DNA of 64,000 nt from Bythopirellula sp. (GTDB lineage Bacteria; Planctomycetota; Planctomycetia; Pirellulales; Lacipirellulaceae), in NCBI GenBank assembly GCA_965216565.1, contig OZ244170.1:2976001-3040000 (forward strand). The letters are read 5' to 3'. Positions 1 through 9,508 of the stretch are shown here, in pieces. The translations under genes were made by a program, and so were the position numbers. The notes under the pieces are model-generated. The model did not search any database. It was not told the DNA's origin and saw only the letters and a program-made list of their open reading frames with translations. The first letter of the stretch is position 1. Each line of letters starts with the position of its first letter.

Positions 1-722
1 GTATTCGGCCGACCCATGTACAGTGGCTGCAGGATTCCTCCGATAAGCCCCATGTCGTGGTACAACGGCAACCAAAAACAACCGGTACCCGAACGCGTAT
101 GCTCAAATGCATAGGAGATCATCGCCGAGTTGTGCATCAGATTCGCATGCGACAGCATCACTCCCTTGGGAGTCCCCGTCGAACCCGAGGTGTATTGCAA
201 AAAAGCGAGCGTATCGCCATGCACTTCGGGGCGACGCCATTGGTCGGCCAGCGAGCTCTCCCACTGATCGGACGCACGCCAACGCAATTGCTGAAGGGCC
301 GGCGTATCGCCAATCATGGTCCGCACGCGCTCCAGAACTTCAAAGGTTGTGAGCGCTACCTTGGCTTCGGCATCGTTGGCGATCGCATCGATACGGGCCA
401 TGTTTCTGTTGCGGCGCGGGGGATATGCGGGAACCGCTGTCACCCCTGCATACAAACAGCCAAAGAACGCGGCAACAAAATCAAGGCCCGAGGGATATAG
501 CAGTAGCGCACGCTCCCCCTCTAAATCCATCGCTTGCAAACCGGCCGCTATGGCACGGGCCTTGCGATCGAGGTCGGCGTACGACCATTCGATTTTTTCT
601 CGTTCGCCGTCGACGAGAAAACGAAAACCCACGTCATCGCCTTGGTGCAACGCGCGGTGTTGCAACAATTCGATAAGGTTGGATGGACCAAAGAAAGAAC
701 CGGGAAGATGGTCGAGATGCAC
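1..722 (-). CDS. Fatty acyl-AMP ligase (FAAL)/AMP-binding enzyme, 5' part; runs off the window start
   Basis: Manual translation from GTG 722 (AGGA upstream) gives MHLDHLPGSFFGPSNLIELLQHRA...ALLLYPSGLDFVAAFFGCLYAG...AFLQYTSGSTGTPKGVMLSHANL...FWLPLYHDMGLIGG, the FAAL signature motifs. Not in the ORF track because it is truncated. Confidence 0.92.
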   Translation of the reverse strand, partial: MHLDHLPGSFFGPSNLIELLQHRALHQGDDVGFRFLVDGEREKIEWSYADLDRKARAIAAGLQAMDLEGERALLLYPSGLDFVAAFFGCLYAGVTAVPAYPPRRNRNMARIDAIANDAEAKVALTTFEVLERVRTMIGDTPALQQLRWRASDQWESSLADQWRRPEVHGDTLAFLQYTSGSTGTPKGVMLSHANLMHNSAMISYAFEHTRSGTGCFWLPLYHDMGLIGGILQPLYMGRPN

Positions 723-1392
723 TGTTGTCTTTTTCCTGAAGGCAGGCTTAGGCGGGGATTTGACCAAGGTCACTGAGTGCAATCACTCACTCTCTTGGCC
801 AGCTACTGAACAAGTCCGTCCCTGGAAATAACTTTCTGCGTTTTTCGGTGCTGTTTGACTTCGCGATGCGCAATCCTTGATTGTAAATAGCAGTCGACTC
901 AGAAGCACCCCCTGCAGGAGGGATTTCACACATTATACCTCAACAAAAGAAGCCGACAAATGACGCTACCACCCTAACTGGCCACAAGCAAATCACTTAC
1001 CTACCTATGTAAAAGATTTCCATCAATTCAGAAATGCAATGCACAAAGAACATCTACAGTGCTTTCACATTAGCTAGCCATTCCATTTACCGTGGCCGCT
1101 ACCGCAAGGTTAACCCGCATATTTTAGTGTCAATCGACCCTTGTATAAGAGCGATCGCCTCTGTAGCGACAGCAACGTCTGCGAACTTCGCGGCTACTAC
1201 TCAGCTACTCAGCTAAGGCGGTGCTGTGGGTGGAGCTTGATCGCGAGCTTACGATGAGAATGATCTCATTAGTCAATCTAGTTGGACAAAGCAGCACCGA
1301 TTGGCTTGCTGTATACGCGTATTGCGTAAATAATAGAGACACCACAAGGTAATCCATAATTCCATCTCACATCCTATTGAAGGAGAAGAGCC

Positions 1393-1581
1393 TTGCTGAC
1401 GGAAAACGAAGTTTCACGTAGCTGGAACAGACTGTTCAAAGATGGCACGTTTTCGAGTGATGCTTTCGATAGCGCCGAAGAAATGCTCGATGAGCTGCGT
1501 GCCGAAAGTCCACTAAGACATCGATTGAGCAACGAACTGGAGGAATTAAAAAAACTCCACGCCGCGCGTCTGGAAGCATAG
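1393..1581 (+). CDS. Small hypothetical helical protein (62 aa)
   Basis: AAGGAG SD upstream of a TTG start; amphipathic sequence; followed by a strong terminator. Confidence 0.75.
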   Translation: MLTENEVSRSWNRLFKDGTFSSDAFDSAEEMLDELRAESPLRHRLSNELEELKKLHAARLEA

Positions 1582-1662
1582 CCTGCCATTGCTTGGCTTC
1601 GCTATTGAAGACAACCAGCAATCTACGAAACTAGAGGGCAGACGTAACTATCTATTCATTAC

Positions 1663-1704
1663 AAAACGACGGTGAGCTTCATGAGAAGCTCACCGTCGTT
1701 TTTT
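1663..1704. terminator. Bidirectional intrinsic terminator
   Basis: Perfect 18-bp inverted repeat AAAACGACGGTGAGCTTC-atga-GAAGCTCACCGTCGTTTT between convergent genes. Confidence 0.9.
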
Positions 1705-1750
1705 GTGCGCTAGTGACTCAGCTTAATTGTCGAGGCTTAATAGACAACGC

Positions 1751-3277
1751 TTAGTAGACAACATCAAAGCCAAACGTCACGCCGTTGATTAATATCTCTT
1801 GCGTGCCGCCATCGATGAAACCCATATTCGGCAACGTGTAATCGACCTGTTGCGAGGCTCGACGGACGTTATCGATAAACAGCGCGTTATAACCTAGCTT
1901 CGCTGAGATTGAATTCGTGACCTGATAGCTCGCCTGAACTCGCATCTCAACCGTCGGCGAAAAATCTTCGTCGCGGCGGCCATGATTGGAATATGTGGGT
2001 GGAAAATAGAGAGGGTGATTATGCTGACCTGTAATCAAGTCCTCTCCCAGTGCAGCGGTCTGTTCCCAATTTTGAATATTGTACCCAAACAAAAACCGAC
2101 CACCCCAATCCAGCCGAATGCGATTGTGTTGGTGCAACCATCGCAACGCCACCTGAGGACCTATCAAGTTATTGTCGATTCTAGTATCCCAAAAGCTTCG
2201 CCCCAGGACACCACCTTCAGCATCCACTAGAAAGTCGTCTCGCAGTCGCAAGTAACGCACGCCATAGCTCATCTCTAGCTCGTTATCTTGATGTTTCACC
2301 ATGTGATGACGATTGGTCAATCGGTGTGTTCGCATAAACTCAATGCCCGAAGTGGTTGTTGAGTTACGGACAAAAACAGATTGAAATGAAGTCGGAAGTA
2401 AGACAAGGTCGTCTAGGTCCGCAGGCGTTCCGCCGACCAGGAAACTATCAGGAATTTCTCCTGGATCCTCGAGATCGAAGCCATCTGGACCAAACTGCCC
2501 GTCTCGATCGATATCATCAGCGAACCCATCGCCGTCTAATACGCCATCGCCATTATCGTCTGTTTCCAAAGCACCACCCGGTATTCCAGAGAATGTGCCA
2601 TCGACCAAATCCAGGTAACCCACCATAAGGTTTTGAGGGTCATTAAATACGATTAGCACAGAGCCGAGCGGACTCAGGAGTTGGTTGGGGGCACCCGGGA
2701 ACCGACTTGGCAAACCAAGTGGAGCTCCAGTGACAGTATCATCTTGACCCGTAAGACCAAAACCATAAATCTCTTCTTGAATCGCGACCGGCCCATCAAG
2801 GATACCGACCAGCCAGCCTGAGTTCTTATGGAAGTGCCCGAACTCATAGCGTTCTCCCCAGCCGAATGTAGCCCGCGGAGGTGAGTTTTGAATTCCACTA
2901 GGTAACATCGGTGGAGCGATGAAATTAGGATCGTTCAGATTGAAGAATACATCTTCATCATCGCCATTTGGATCGACTTCAAAGGGACGACCACCTACAA
3001 AGTTTCTCCACGGGTTTGTGGATGCATTACTCAAATTGGTCGTACCTAACACAGACCGCTCGCCCGTGACCGCCCAGTTCAGCTTGTCGTAGTGGAAGAA
3101 GTATCCACTCGACCGGCGAATTGGGGTCCCATCGAAGTCGATGTCGACCGGCGAGAAGAACTGTAGCTCGTGGTCGGGTGTATCCACCCAGTCATGAAGC
3201 TGCGCACTTGCTGTTGCCGCGCCGAAGGAAATCATCAGGCCGACAAGCAGCCACGTTTTGAATCTGTAGACAGTCAT
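1751..3277 (-). CDS. Planctomycete outer-membrane beta-barrel protein (BBP7-like)
   Basis: Signal peptide; GVRYLRLRD and IDNNLIGPQ motifs; alternating C-terminal strand ending in Tyr. Start is ATG 3277 or TTG 3286. Confidence 0.8.
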   Translation of the reverse strand: MTVYRFKTWLLVGLMISFGAATASAQLHDWVDTPDHELQFFSPVDIDFDGTPIRRSSGYFFHYDKLNWAVTGERSVLGTTNLSNASTNPWRNFVGGRPFEVDPNGDDEDVFFNLNDPNFIAPPMLPSGIQNSPPRATFGWGERYEFGHFHKNSGWLVGILDGPVAIQEEIYGFGLTGQDDTVTGAPLGLPSRFPGAPNQLLSPLGSVLIVFNDPQNLMVGYLDLVDGTFSGIPGGALETDDNGDGVLDGDGFADDIDRDGQFGPDGFDLEDPGEIPDSFLVGGTPADLDDLVLLPTSFQSVFVRNSTTTSGIEFMRTHRLTNRHHMVKHQDNELEMSYGVRYLRLRDDFLVDAEGGVLGRSFWDTRIDNNLIGPQVALRWLHQHNRIRLDWGGRFLFGYNIQNWEQTAALGEDLITGQHNHPLYFPPTYSNHGRRDEDFSPTVEMRVQASYQVTNSISAKLGYNALFIDNVRRASQQVDYTLPNMGFIDGGTQEILINGVTFGFDVVY

Positions 3278-3675
3278 AGGTTCCAACTATCCTTGTTGGA
3301 GCACCAGCCAGTGGCTGATGCAATTCAAATGGTCAATGCCCTCGCACTCATCGATTGAGGACTCTCCGTGCCGGTAGTATCGGATTTGTGAGTCGTGCCG
3401 GTTGAGTAAGATCGGTAAAGTCTGACGAAAATACCGGCAAACCAACGCGAGGTGCTAGCAACAGAGCGTTCCTGACGGCGTGGTTTCAACCGACCGCTAG
3501 TCAGGCGAAACGCTACCAGCGAAGCGTATTTCTGCTTTCGCAGGCACCGTTCGTTTGTTCCCCTCGGAGCCAAGGGATATACTTCTGCTGGACCATTGCT
3601 AGCGACGTTGCCGGAGTCTTTGAGCCGTCTGCGGCCGCTAGCGAATGCCGACAGTTAATTCATGGGGTTTGCTTC

Positions 3676-3730
3676 GAGTCGGACCGCTAAGCGGTGCGTT
3701 GAATCCGGAGGCAGGTGTGCCTCCGGCTCG
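3676..3730. repeat. REP-like double-hairpin element (CCGGAGGCA...TGCCTCCGG family)
   Basis: Related copies at 31711-31740 and 56187-56260. Confidence 0.65.
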
Positions 3731-3796
3731 AGAGTGAGCTCCAACCCTTTGAAATATCGCTATACCAGCAAGCACGAGAATTCATCCGAGGCCAAC

Positions 3797-4759
3797 ATGT
3801 CTAGTTCTTTTCCCATCAGCGTCCGCCTTTTTCAATTGTCCTTGGCTACAGTTTTTAGCTGCTGGTCGGCAAGTGCGTACGCCCAAGCGGCCGTCCTAGA
3901 ACAGCCTCAAGAAAAGGAACAAGCCGAAGCGACTCAGGATGCCCTGGGCGAACATTGGGTCCGACTCAGGCAGGACGACAACAAAACTCCCGTGGCGCTG
4001 GAAATAGCCATTGTTCGCTACACAAAACCAGAACTTGCCGAGCAGCCTCCTGGGAAACTAAGAGAGTATGTCGACCTGGTCGGAGCCGTCCATATTGGCG
4101 ATCGCCAATATTATAGAACGTTGAACCGTCGGTTTCCCCAGTACGACGCCCTGCTCTACGAACTCGTCGCCCCGGAAGGTACGGTTGTCGAGAAGGGACG
4201 TGGCACGTCGAACATTCATCCCCTCGGGGCCATGCAGAATGCAATGAAAAATCTGCTCGAGATCGAGCATCAACTCGAGCAGATTGACTACACGAAACGA
4301 AATTTTGTGCACGCCGACTTTTCGCCCGACGAATTCGCCCAATCGATGAAAGACCGCGACGAGGGCTGGGTGCAGCTCTATTTTCGTCTCGTGGGTCAGG
4401 CACTGGCTCAGCAAAGCGAACAAGCCGCCCAGGGGAACTCAACCGACCTCGATATTCTCTCCGCACTGATGTCCAACGATCGAGCGCGGCAACTGAAAAT
4501 TGCGCTGGCCAAGCAATTTGAATCGATGGAACTCATGCTCAGCAGCTTTGCAGGTCCCGAAGGCTCGACGATTATTACTGAGCGCAACAAACGCGCCCTG
4601 GAAGTTTTGAAAAGAGAACAGAAAGCTGGCAAACGCCGGCTGGGGGTTTTCTACGGGGCGGGACATCTTTCGGACATGCATAAACGGCTCATTGACGAAT
4701 TTGGCCTGACACCTGTCAGTATCGAATGGGTCGAAGCCTGGGACCTACGGGCCAGATAG
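3797..4759 (+). CDS. Secreted TraB/PrgY/GumN (Tiki)-like putative metalloprotein
   Basis: Signal peptide from ATG 3797; LVGAVH, YE, ERN and YGAGH motifs typical of the fold. Confidence 0.65.
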   Translation: MSSSFPISVRLFQLSLATVFSCWSASAYAQAAVLEQPQEKEQAEATQDALGEHWVRLRQDDNKTPVALEIAIVRYTKPELAEQPPGKLREYVDLVGAVHIGDRQYYRTLNRRFPQYDALLYELVAPEGTVVEKGRGTSNIHPLGAMQNAMKNLLEIEHQLEQIDYTKRNFVHADFSPDEFAQSMKDRDEGWVQLYFRLVGQALAQQSEQAAQGNSTDLDILSALMSNDRARQLKIALAKQFESMELMLSSFAGPEGSTIITERNKRALEVLKREQKAGKRRLGVFYGAGHLSDMHKRLIDEFGLTPVSIEWVEAWDLRAR

Positions 4760-5080
4760 TCGGTGGTAATGCAAATCTCCGCCTGAATTATTAAGCGCTG
4801 AGCACGAAGTGTCGCAGCGTGCCGCAGAGAAACTATCGCGAGCCGTGTCGTCCCCGACCACGGCTCACTCAGGATTTTCCCGAGACAAAGACTCGGGCAA
4901 ACAACTCATTTCCCTCGCTATCTTGAACGAACTGCAGATCCACTTAGCTCAGATCCGTGCTATTCGTGGGCAAAAGACGCGGCTGCTGAGCCGTTCCATA
5001 CCGGCTTCACGCCGAGCCCTTAAATTGCTAGAATTGAGCGATTACATAAGCAATTTTTCTCAGTTCAGGAGAACCCAGCC

Positions 5081-5179
5081 ATGGCGAAGCCAGGTCGAAA
5101 AGTTAAGAAAGCCAACCACGGCAAGCGCCCCGCGTGTAGCCGCCCTCGTAAAAATCGCCGTCAAAAGGTGAAGACCTAG
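5081..5179 (+). CDS. Small basic protein, 50S ribosomal protein bL37-like (32 aa)
   Basis: AGGAG SD; MAKPGRKVKKANHGKRPACSRPRKNRRQKVKT*; KKANHGKRP is the bL37 core motif. Confidence 0.8.
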   Translation: MAKPGRKVKKANHGKRPACSRPRKNRRQKVKT

Positions 5180-5363
5180 AGCGACTTGCGAGTCGAGGAA
5201 AAACTTTTTCCTCGGGTTCCTCGCCCATTTAGGGAGAGGCTAGGTGAGGGAATCTAAGACGCAGGAAGCCATTCTTGCTTGATTCCCAACTCGAAATCTG
5301 CTCCTTGCCAAGGCCGATCTTGGGCAGCAGGCCCGTCTTGAATCTAGTGAGTGAGTTTGTTTG

Positions 5364-5876
5364 GTGGCAGGCAAAGAATTCATTGTTGATCCGAGTACGT
5401 TCGACTTCTCCAAAGTCGTCGCGGACATAGAAGAAATCCGTCGCTACAATCGGCAACGCGACGAGATGGAACAGCTCACCGCCATCATCCATGACGATCC
5501 CGAGACCGGCACCGTCATTGGCTACAAGGACAACACCGACCAAGAGTTTTGGTGCAAGGGTCACATGCCCGACTTCCCGTTGATGCCGGGAGTGATCATG
5601 TGCGAGACTGCCGCCCAAGTTTGCTCCTACCATTCTTGCAAACACGATTTGCTCGGCTGCGAAGTCGTTGGGTTTGGCGGGCTGGACAACATCAAATTCC
5701 GTGGCGTGGTGCTACCCGGCGATCGGCTTACCATTGTCTGCAAGATGACCAACTTGCGACGCGGACGCATGATTACTTGCCGCTTCGAAGGATTCGTAAA
5801 AGAAAACTTAGTCTGCGGCGGAGAAATTCGCGGCATCCCGCTCCCCGTCGACGAGCTCAAAACCGAAGCGAATTAG
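5364..5876 (+). CDS. fabZ: 3-hydroxyacyl-ACP dehydratase (FabZ family)
   Basis: GHMPDFPLMPGVIMCETAAQ and KFRGVVLPGD hot-dog motifs. Confidence 0.85.
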   Translation: MAGKEFIVDPSTFDFSKVVADIEEIRRYNRQRDEMEQLTAIIHDDPETGTVIGYKDNTDQEFWCKGHMPDFPLMPGVIMCETAAQVCSYHSCKHDLLGCEVVGFGGLDNIKFRGVVLPGDRLTIVCKMTNLRRGRMITCRFEGFVKENLVCGGEIRGIPLPVDELKTEAN

Positions 5877-5926
5877 CTGAACCTTTTTTGGGTCTTCAGG
5901 TCATCTTTTTCAGCCATACAAGTGGC

Positions 5927-5986
5927 TGTGATCCCGAGGTCTGCCGAGGGATCTGGCCAGATTCCTCGGCAGACCTCGGAATGACA
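5927..5986. repeat. REP-like palindrome (TGTCATTCCGAGGTCTGCCGAGG family)
   Basis: Near-perfect 60-bp hairpin; related arms at 20141-20174, 47185-47210 and 47506-47536. Confidence 0.85.
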
Positions 5987-6161
5987 TTAAGCTTCGCGCT
6001 TGAGTACTTATCCTTGAATACTCGAAAGGGTTCAACTAGCATTCAGCGGTAAGCTGTTCGTTGTCGAAAATCGAAAACATCAGAAAGTTATTTCTCCTCG
6101 ATTCTCCCACCACTCAGCGTTTCCCAACTCTGAAATCCACATTCCGAATTGCACAATCACA

Positions 6162-6806
6162 ATGGGTCGACGCGCTCTCCCAAAAATCGACACCCGCCTG
6201 GATCTTTCGCGTCACTTCACCACGGTCGACGAACTGCCGGAGCCTTGGGATGCGGCGTCGCTGTTTCCGCGCTCGGCCCCGTTAGAAATCGAAGTCGGTA
6301 CCGGCAAAGGGCTCTTCTTACAGAATGCCACCATCGCGAATCCTGCGCACAACTTCCTGGGTATCGAAGTCTCGCGTAAGTACGCGAAATTCGCCGCCGC
6401 CCGACTCGCCAAACGGGATATCGACAACGGAGTGATGGCCCACGGCGATGGGCTGCGGGTGTTCCGCGAGTTGCTTCCCGACAATTCGCTCGCCGCCGTG
6501 CATGTCTACTTCCCCGACCCCTGGTGGAAAGCTCGGCATCACAAACGCCGTGTGCTAAATGAGGCCTTTTTGAAAGACGTCGTCCGTACCCTGCAGCCCA
6601 AGGGCAAGCTCCACTTTTGGACCGACGTCAAAGAATACTACGATGCCACGTTGGAACTAATCGCCGCGCACACGCCTTTGGAAGGCCCACTTGAAGTGAG
6701 CGAAAGTACGCCGGAGCACGACCTCGACTACCTAACCCACTTCGAACGCCGCACCCGGCTGAATAACGAGCCGGTGTATCGCTCGGAGTTTCTCAAGAAC
6801 ACCTAG
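6162..6806 (+). CDS. trmB: tRNA (guanine-N7)-methyltransferase
   Basis: EIEVGTGKG, FLGIE, VYFPDPWWKARHHKRR, WTD and THFE motifs. Confidence 0.95.
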   Translation: MGRRALPKIDTRLDLSRHFTTVDELPEPWDAASLFPRSAPLEIEVGTGKGLFLQNATIANPAHNFLGIEVSRKYAKFAAARLAKRDIDNGVMAHGDGLRVFRELLPDNSLAAVHVYFPDPWWKARHHKRRVLNEAFLKDVVRTLQPKGKLHFWTDVKEYYDATLELIAAHTPLEGPLEVSESTPEHDLDYLTHFERRTRLNNEPVYRSEFLKNT

Positions 6807-7170
6807 TCCGCTTAAGGCAGGTGTCGCACCTAACGCAGTCTGAAAAGAATTAGGTGGGTGCCATAGCAACGCGGCGGCACACCGATTGGATCGATGTAAT
6901 ATCCTCACTCTCGGTGGGCCTGACGGCGCCACCCTACTTGTGATGCCCAAGGACCTCGGCTTTATCGCCCCGAAGCAACGATCTCTGTGCCCTCGGTGTT
7001 CTCTGTGGCTATCAATCACCATCCGCTCGATGGTCTGATGTTTATCGGTCGCGGCGGTTGCGAGGTGATGCAATGCTTACGCATTCTGCATCACCTGGTG
7101 GAATCCCTCACCGAGTGCAAAACAAAATGCCTGAGCCGATGGCGCTAGCCACGGGTAAATGCATTTGGCT

Positions 7171-8751
7171 CTACCCGGGCAACGTCTCATAGGTCCGCGT
7201 AGAGCTTTGCGAGTCGCCGCCTTGAGAGTTTTCCAGCGCGATGTCGTAGAGTTTTTGGCCCCAATGCGTGGGGTACTCGCCGGTGACGCACGCCTGGCAA
7301 AGTTGGTCGGCCGGTTTGTCGACGGCCAGGGCCAACGACTCCACCGGCAGATAGCGCACGGAGTCGGCCCCCAGTTCCTTGGCCATCGCGGCAAACATTT
7401 CCTCTTGGCTCTGATCTTGTTTTTGAAACTCTGGGGCGAACAACTCGCCAATGGTCGACATGTCGATCCCGTAAAAGCACGGCGCGGCAATAGGCGGGCA
7501 GGCTACGCGAACATGAATTTCCTTGGCACGTCCGATCTCGCGAATCTTCGAGATCAAAACTCGCATGGTTGTCGACCTAACGATCGAGTCTTCTACTAGC
7601 AAGACCCGTTTGCCCTCGAGCACCTCGGGAAGCGCGGTATATTTGGCCGCGGCTTTGGCTTTGCGATTTTCGCCCCCTTCGATGAAGGTTCGACCGGAGT
7701 AGCGGTTGCGTATAAGACCTTCGATACTAGGCACGCCTAAGCGGAACGCCATCGCATCGGCAGCGGCTTTGCTGGTATCCGGCACGGGCACAACTACAGT
7801 ATTTTCGTCGCAGTCCAAGTCCTCGAGCCGAGCCAGTTCTTCGCCAAGGGTTTTTCGGGCCAGGTACACACTGCGATCGTCCAAGGAACTGGCGACATTG
7901 GAGAAATAAATCCACTCGAAAAAACAGTGGGCCCGACGGGGATTTTCGCTAAATCGCTCGATCTCGATTTTGCCATCGGAAATGGTAATCGCGGTGCCCG
8001 CTTCCAACGACTTTACCGACGAGGCGGGAATGCCCAGATTCACCAGTGCCACACTTTCGCTCGCCGCAGCGAACAGCGGACCTTCGATGGCGTAGCACAT
8101 CGGTTTGATCCCCAGTGGATCACGGGCAATCAGCATTTCGCCCTGGGCATTGAGCATTGCCAGGCAATACGCACCATCGAGCCGCGTCGCCAGGTGACGC
8201 ATCACGTCGATCAACGGCAAGCGACGATCGCCGGAAAGCTCGCGACTGATCTCGTGCATGATGATTTCTGTATCGTTGGCGCGGGCCAAGTGATGATCGT
8301 CCTCGGCGAGCAGCTTGTCCCGCAACAGCGCGAAATTGGCGAGTTGTCCGTTGTAGGAAAAGCTGAACCACTTGTGTTTCTGCAAATGGTGCCGTTCGAA
8401 GGGCTGTGCGTAACTGCAGTCCTCCTCGCCACAAGTGGCGTAACGAACGTGCCCGATGGCGGCGCAACCGGCGTACTCCCGCATGAGGCTTTCCGCTTTG
8501 CCGCGATGGTTCAAGCGAAATGCCTGATTGACGGTGCCGAGCTCGCGGTAAGTGTCGATCAATTGTTGACGGTGCGGATTGTAAGACGTCATGCCCGCGG
8601 ATAGCTGGCCGCGATTTTGGATGTCGAGCAACATCCGCGGCATCAGCCGCGACACTTCCTCCGGCCCCTGCGGAGGACAGAGCGGAGAGGTCTCGCCAGT
8701 TGGCAAGTGATAGACGGCAGCCACACCGCACTCGTGATGCAATTCGCTCAT
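7171..8751 (-). CDS. purF: Amidophosphoribosyltransferase
   Basis: ECG N-terminal nucleophile, [26 protein letters not shown] loop, Fe-S cysteines (HCFFE, PCFYG, CQAC). Confidence 0.97.
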   Translation of the reverse strand: MSELHHECGVAAVYHLPTGETSPLCPPQGPEEVSRLMPRMLLDIQNRGQLSAGMTSYNPHRQQLIDTYRELGTVNQAFRLNHRGKAESLMREYAGCAAIGHVRYATCGEEDCSYAQPFERHHLQKHKWFSFSYNGQLANFALLRDKLLAEDDHHLARANDTEIIMHEISRELSGDRRLPLIDVMRHLATRLDGAYCLAMLNAQGEMLIARDPLGIKPMCYAIEGPLFAAASESVALVNLGIPASSVKSLEAGTAITISDGKIEIERFSENPRRAHCFFEWIYFSNVASSLDDRSVYLARKTLGEELARLEDLDCDENTVVVPVPDTSKAAADAMAFRLGVPSIEGLIRNRYSGRTFIEGGENRKAKAAAKYTALPEVLEGKRVLLVEDSIVRSTTMRVLISKIREIGRAKEIHVRVACPPIAAPCFYGIDMSTIGELFAPEFQKQDQSQEEMFAAMAKELGADSVRYLPVESLALAVDKPADQLCQACVTGEYPTHWGQKLYDIALENSQGGDSQSSTRTYETLPG

Positions 8752-8905
8752 GGGGGCAGGATTCAGGTAAGGGTGGGGAGAGCGTTGGTCGCGACATCCG
8801 AGTCGCGCTGTTCACACGCTCGATTCTACGCCCGACACGGATTTCCCTCAACGGGCCCACGCAGAAAGGCAGATTCTGGCAACTTGCCGATTATGGAGGC
8901 AGTTG

Positions 8906-8914
8906 TGGTATAAT
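8906..8914 (+). promoter_or_regulatory. Extended -10 promoter (TGnTATAAT), probably giving a leaderless mRNA
   Basis: TGGTATAAT followed 6 nt later by ATG 8921. Confidence 0.65.
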
Positions 8915-8920
8915 CCTCAT

Positions 8921-9508
8921 ATGGCAACTACAGGCCCATCCTCCGCAAGCTTTCCCGATGTCCAGTCGCTCCATCGCTTCAGTTCCAGCGACTATCTGCA
9001 AATGGTCGAGGCTGGGGTACTCGGTCCAGACGACCATGTCGAACTTATAGGGGGGATGATTGTCGAAATGTCACCTTCTGGTACGAAACACAATCATTTT
9101 TTGATTAGACTAATCGAGGCTTTTGCTCCATTAGTCGGCACGCATCAACTCTCTGTTCAGGGTACTTTGAGGGTTTCCGATGGAAATGTCTTTGATCCAG
9201 ACTTGATGCTGTTGAGGTATAGGGCAGATGGCTACAAAACAAATTTGCCGACAGCGGAAGATGTATTGCTGGTAGTCGAAGCAGCGGAATCTTCACTGAA
9301 AAAGGATTCGTCTCAAAAGCTTTCGGTATACGCGACTGTAGGAATCAGCGAATATTGGATTGCTGATCTAAAGGAAGAACAGCTATTGGTCCACCGCGAT
9401 CCCCACCAGACGAAGTATCGTTCGATGGAAACTTTGCCTAAGGAGGGTAGCCTGAGTCCACTGGCTGTCCCCGACTTCACTGTTGATTTGGCCAAGATCT
9501 TCGATTAG
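8921..9508 (+). CDS. Uma2 family (DUF820) putative endonuclease
   Basis: VELIGGMIVEMSP...H, PDL, LVVE, K...YA..GISEYWIAD motifs. Confidence 0.92.
   Translation: MATTGPSSASFPDVQSLHRFSSSDYLQMVEAGVLGPDDHVELIGGMIVEMSPSGTKHNHFLIRLIEAFAPLVGTHQLSVQGTLRVSDGNVFDPDLMLLRYRADGYKTNLPTAEDVLLVVEAAESSLKKDSSQKLSVYATVGISEYWIADLKEEQLLVHRDPHQTKYRSMETLPKEGSLSPLAVPDFTVDLAKIFD

Noticed and set aside
57..831. Several + strand ORFs (57..500, 316..831, 534..776)
   Set aside because: Antisense shadows of the minus-strand FAAL gene
4809..5171. 120-aa + strand ORF
   Set aside because: No recognisable features; overlaps the SD-supported bL37-like ORF in another frame
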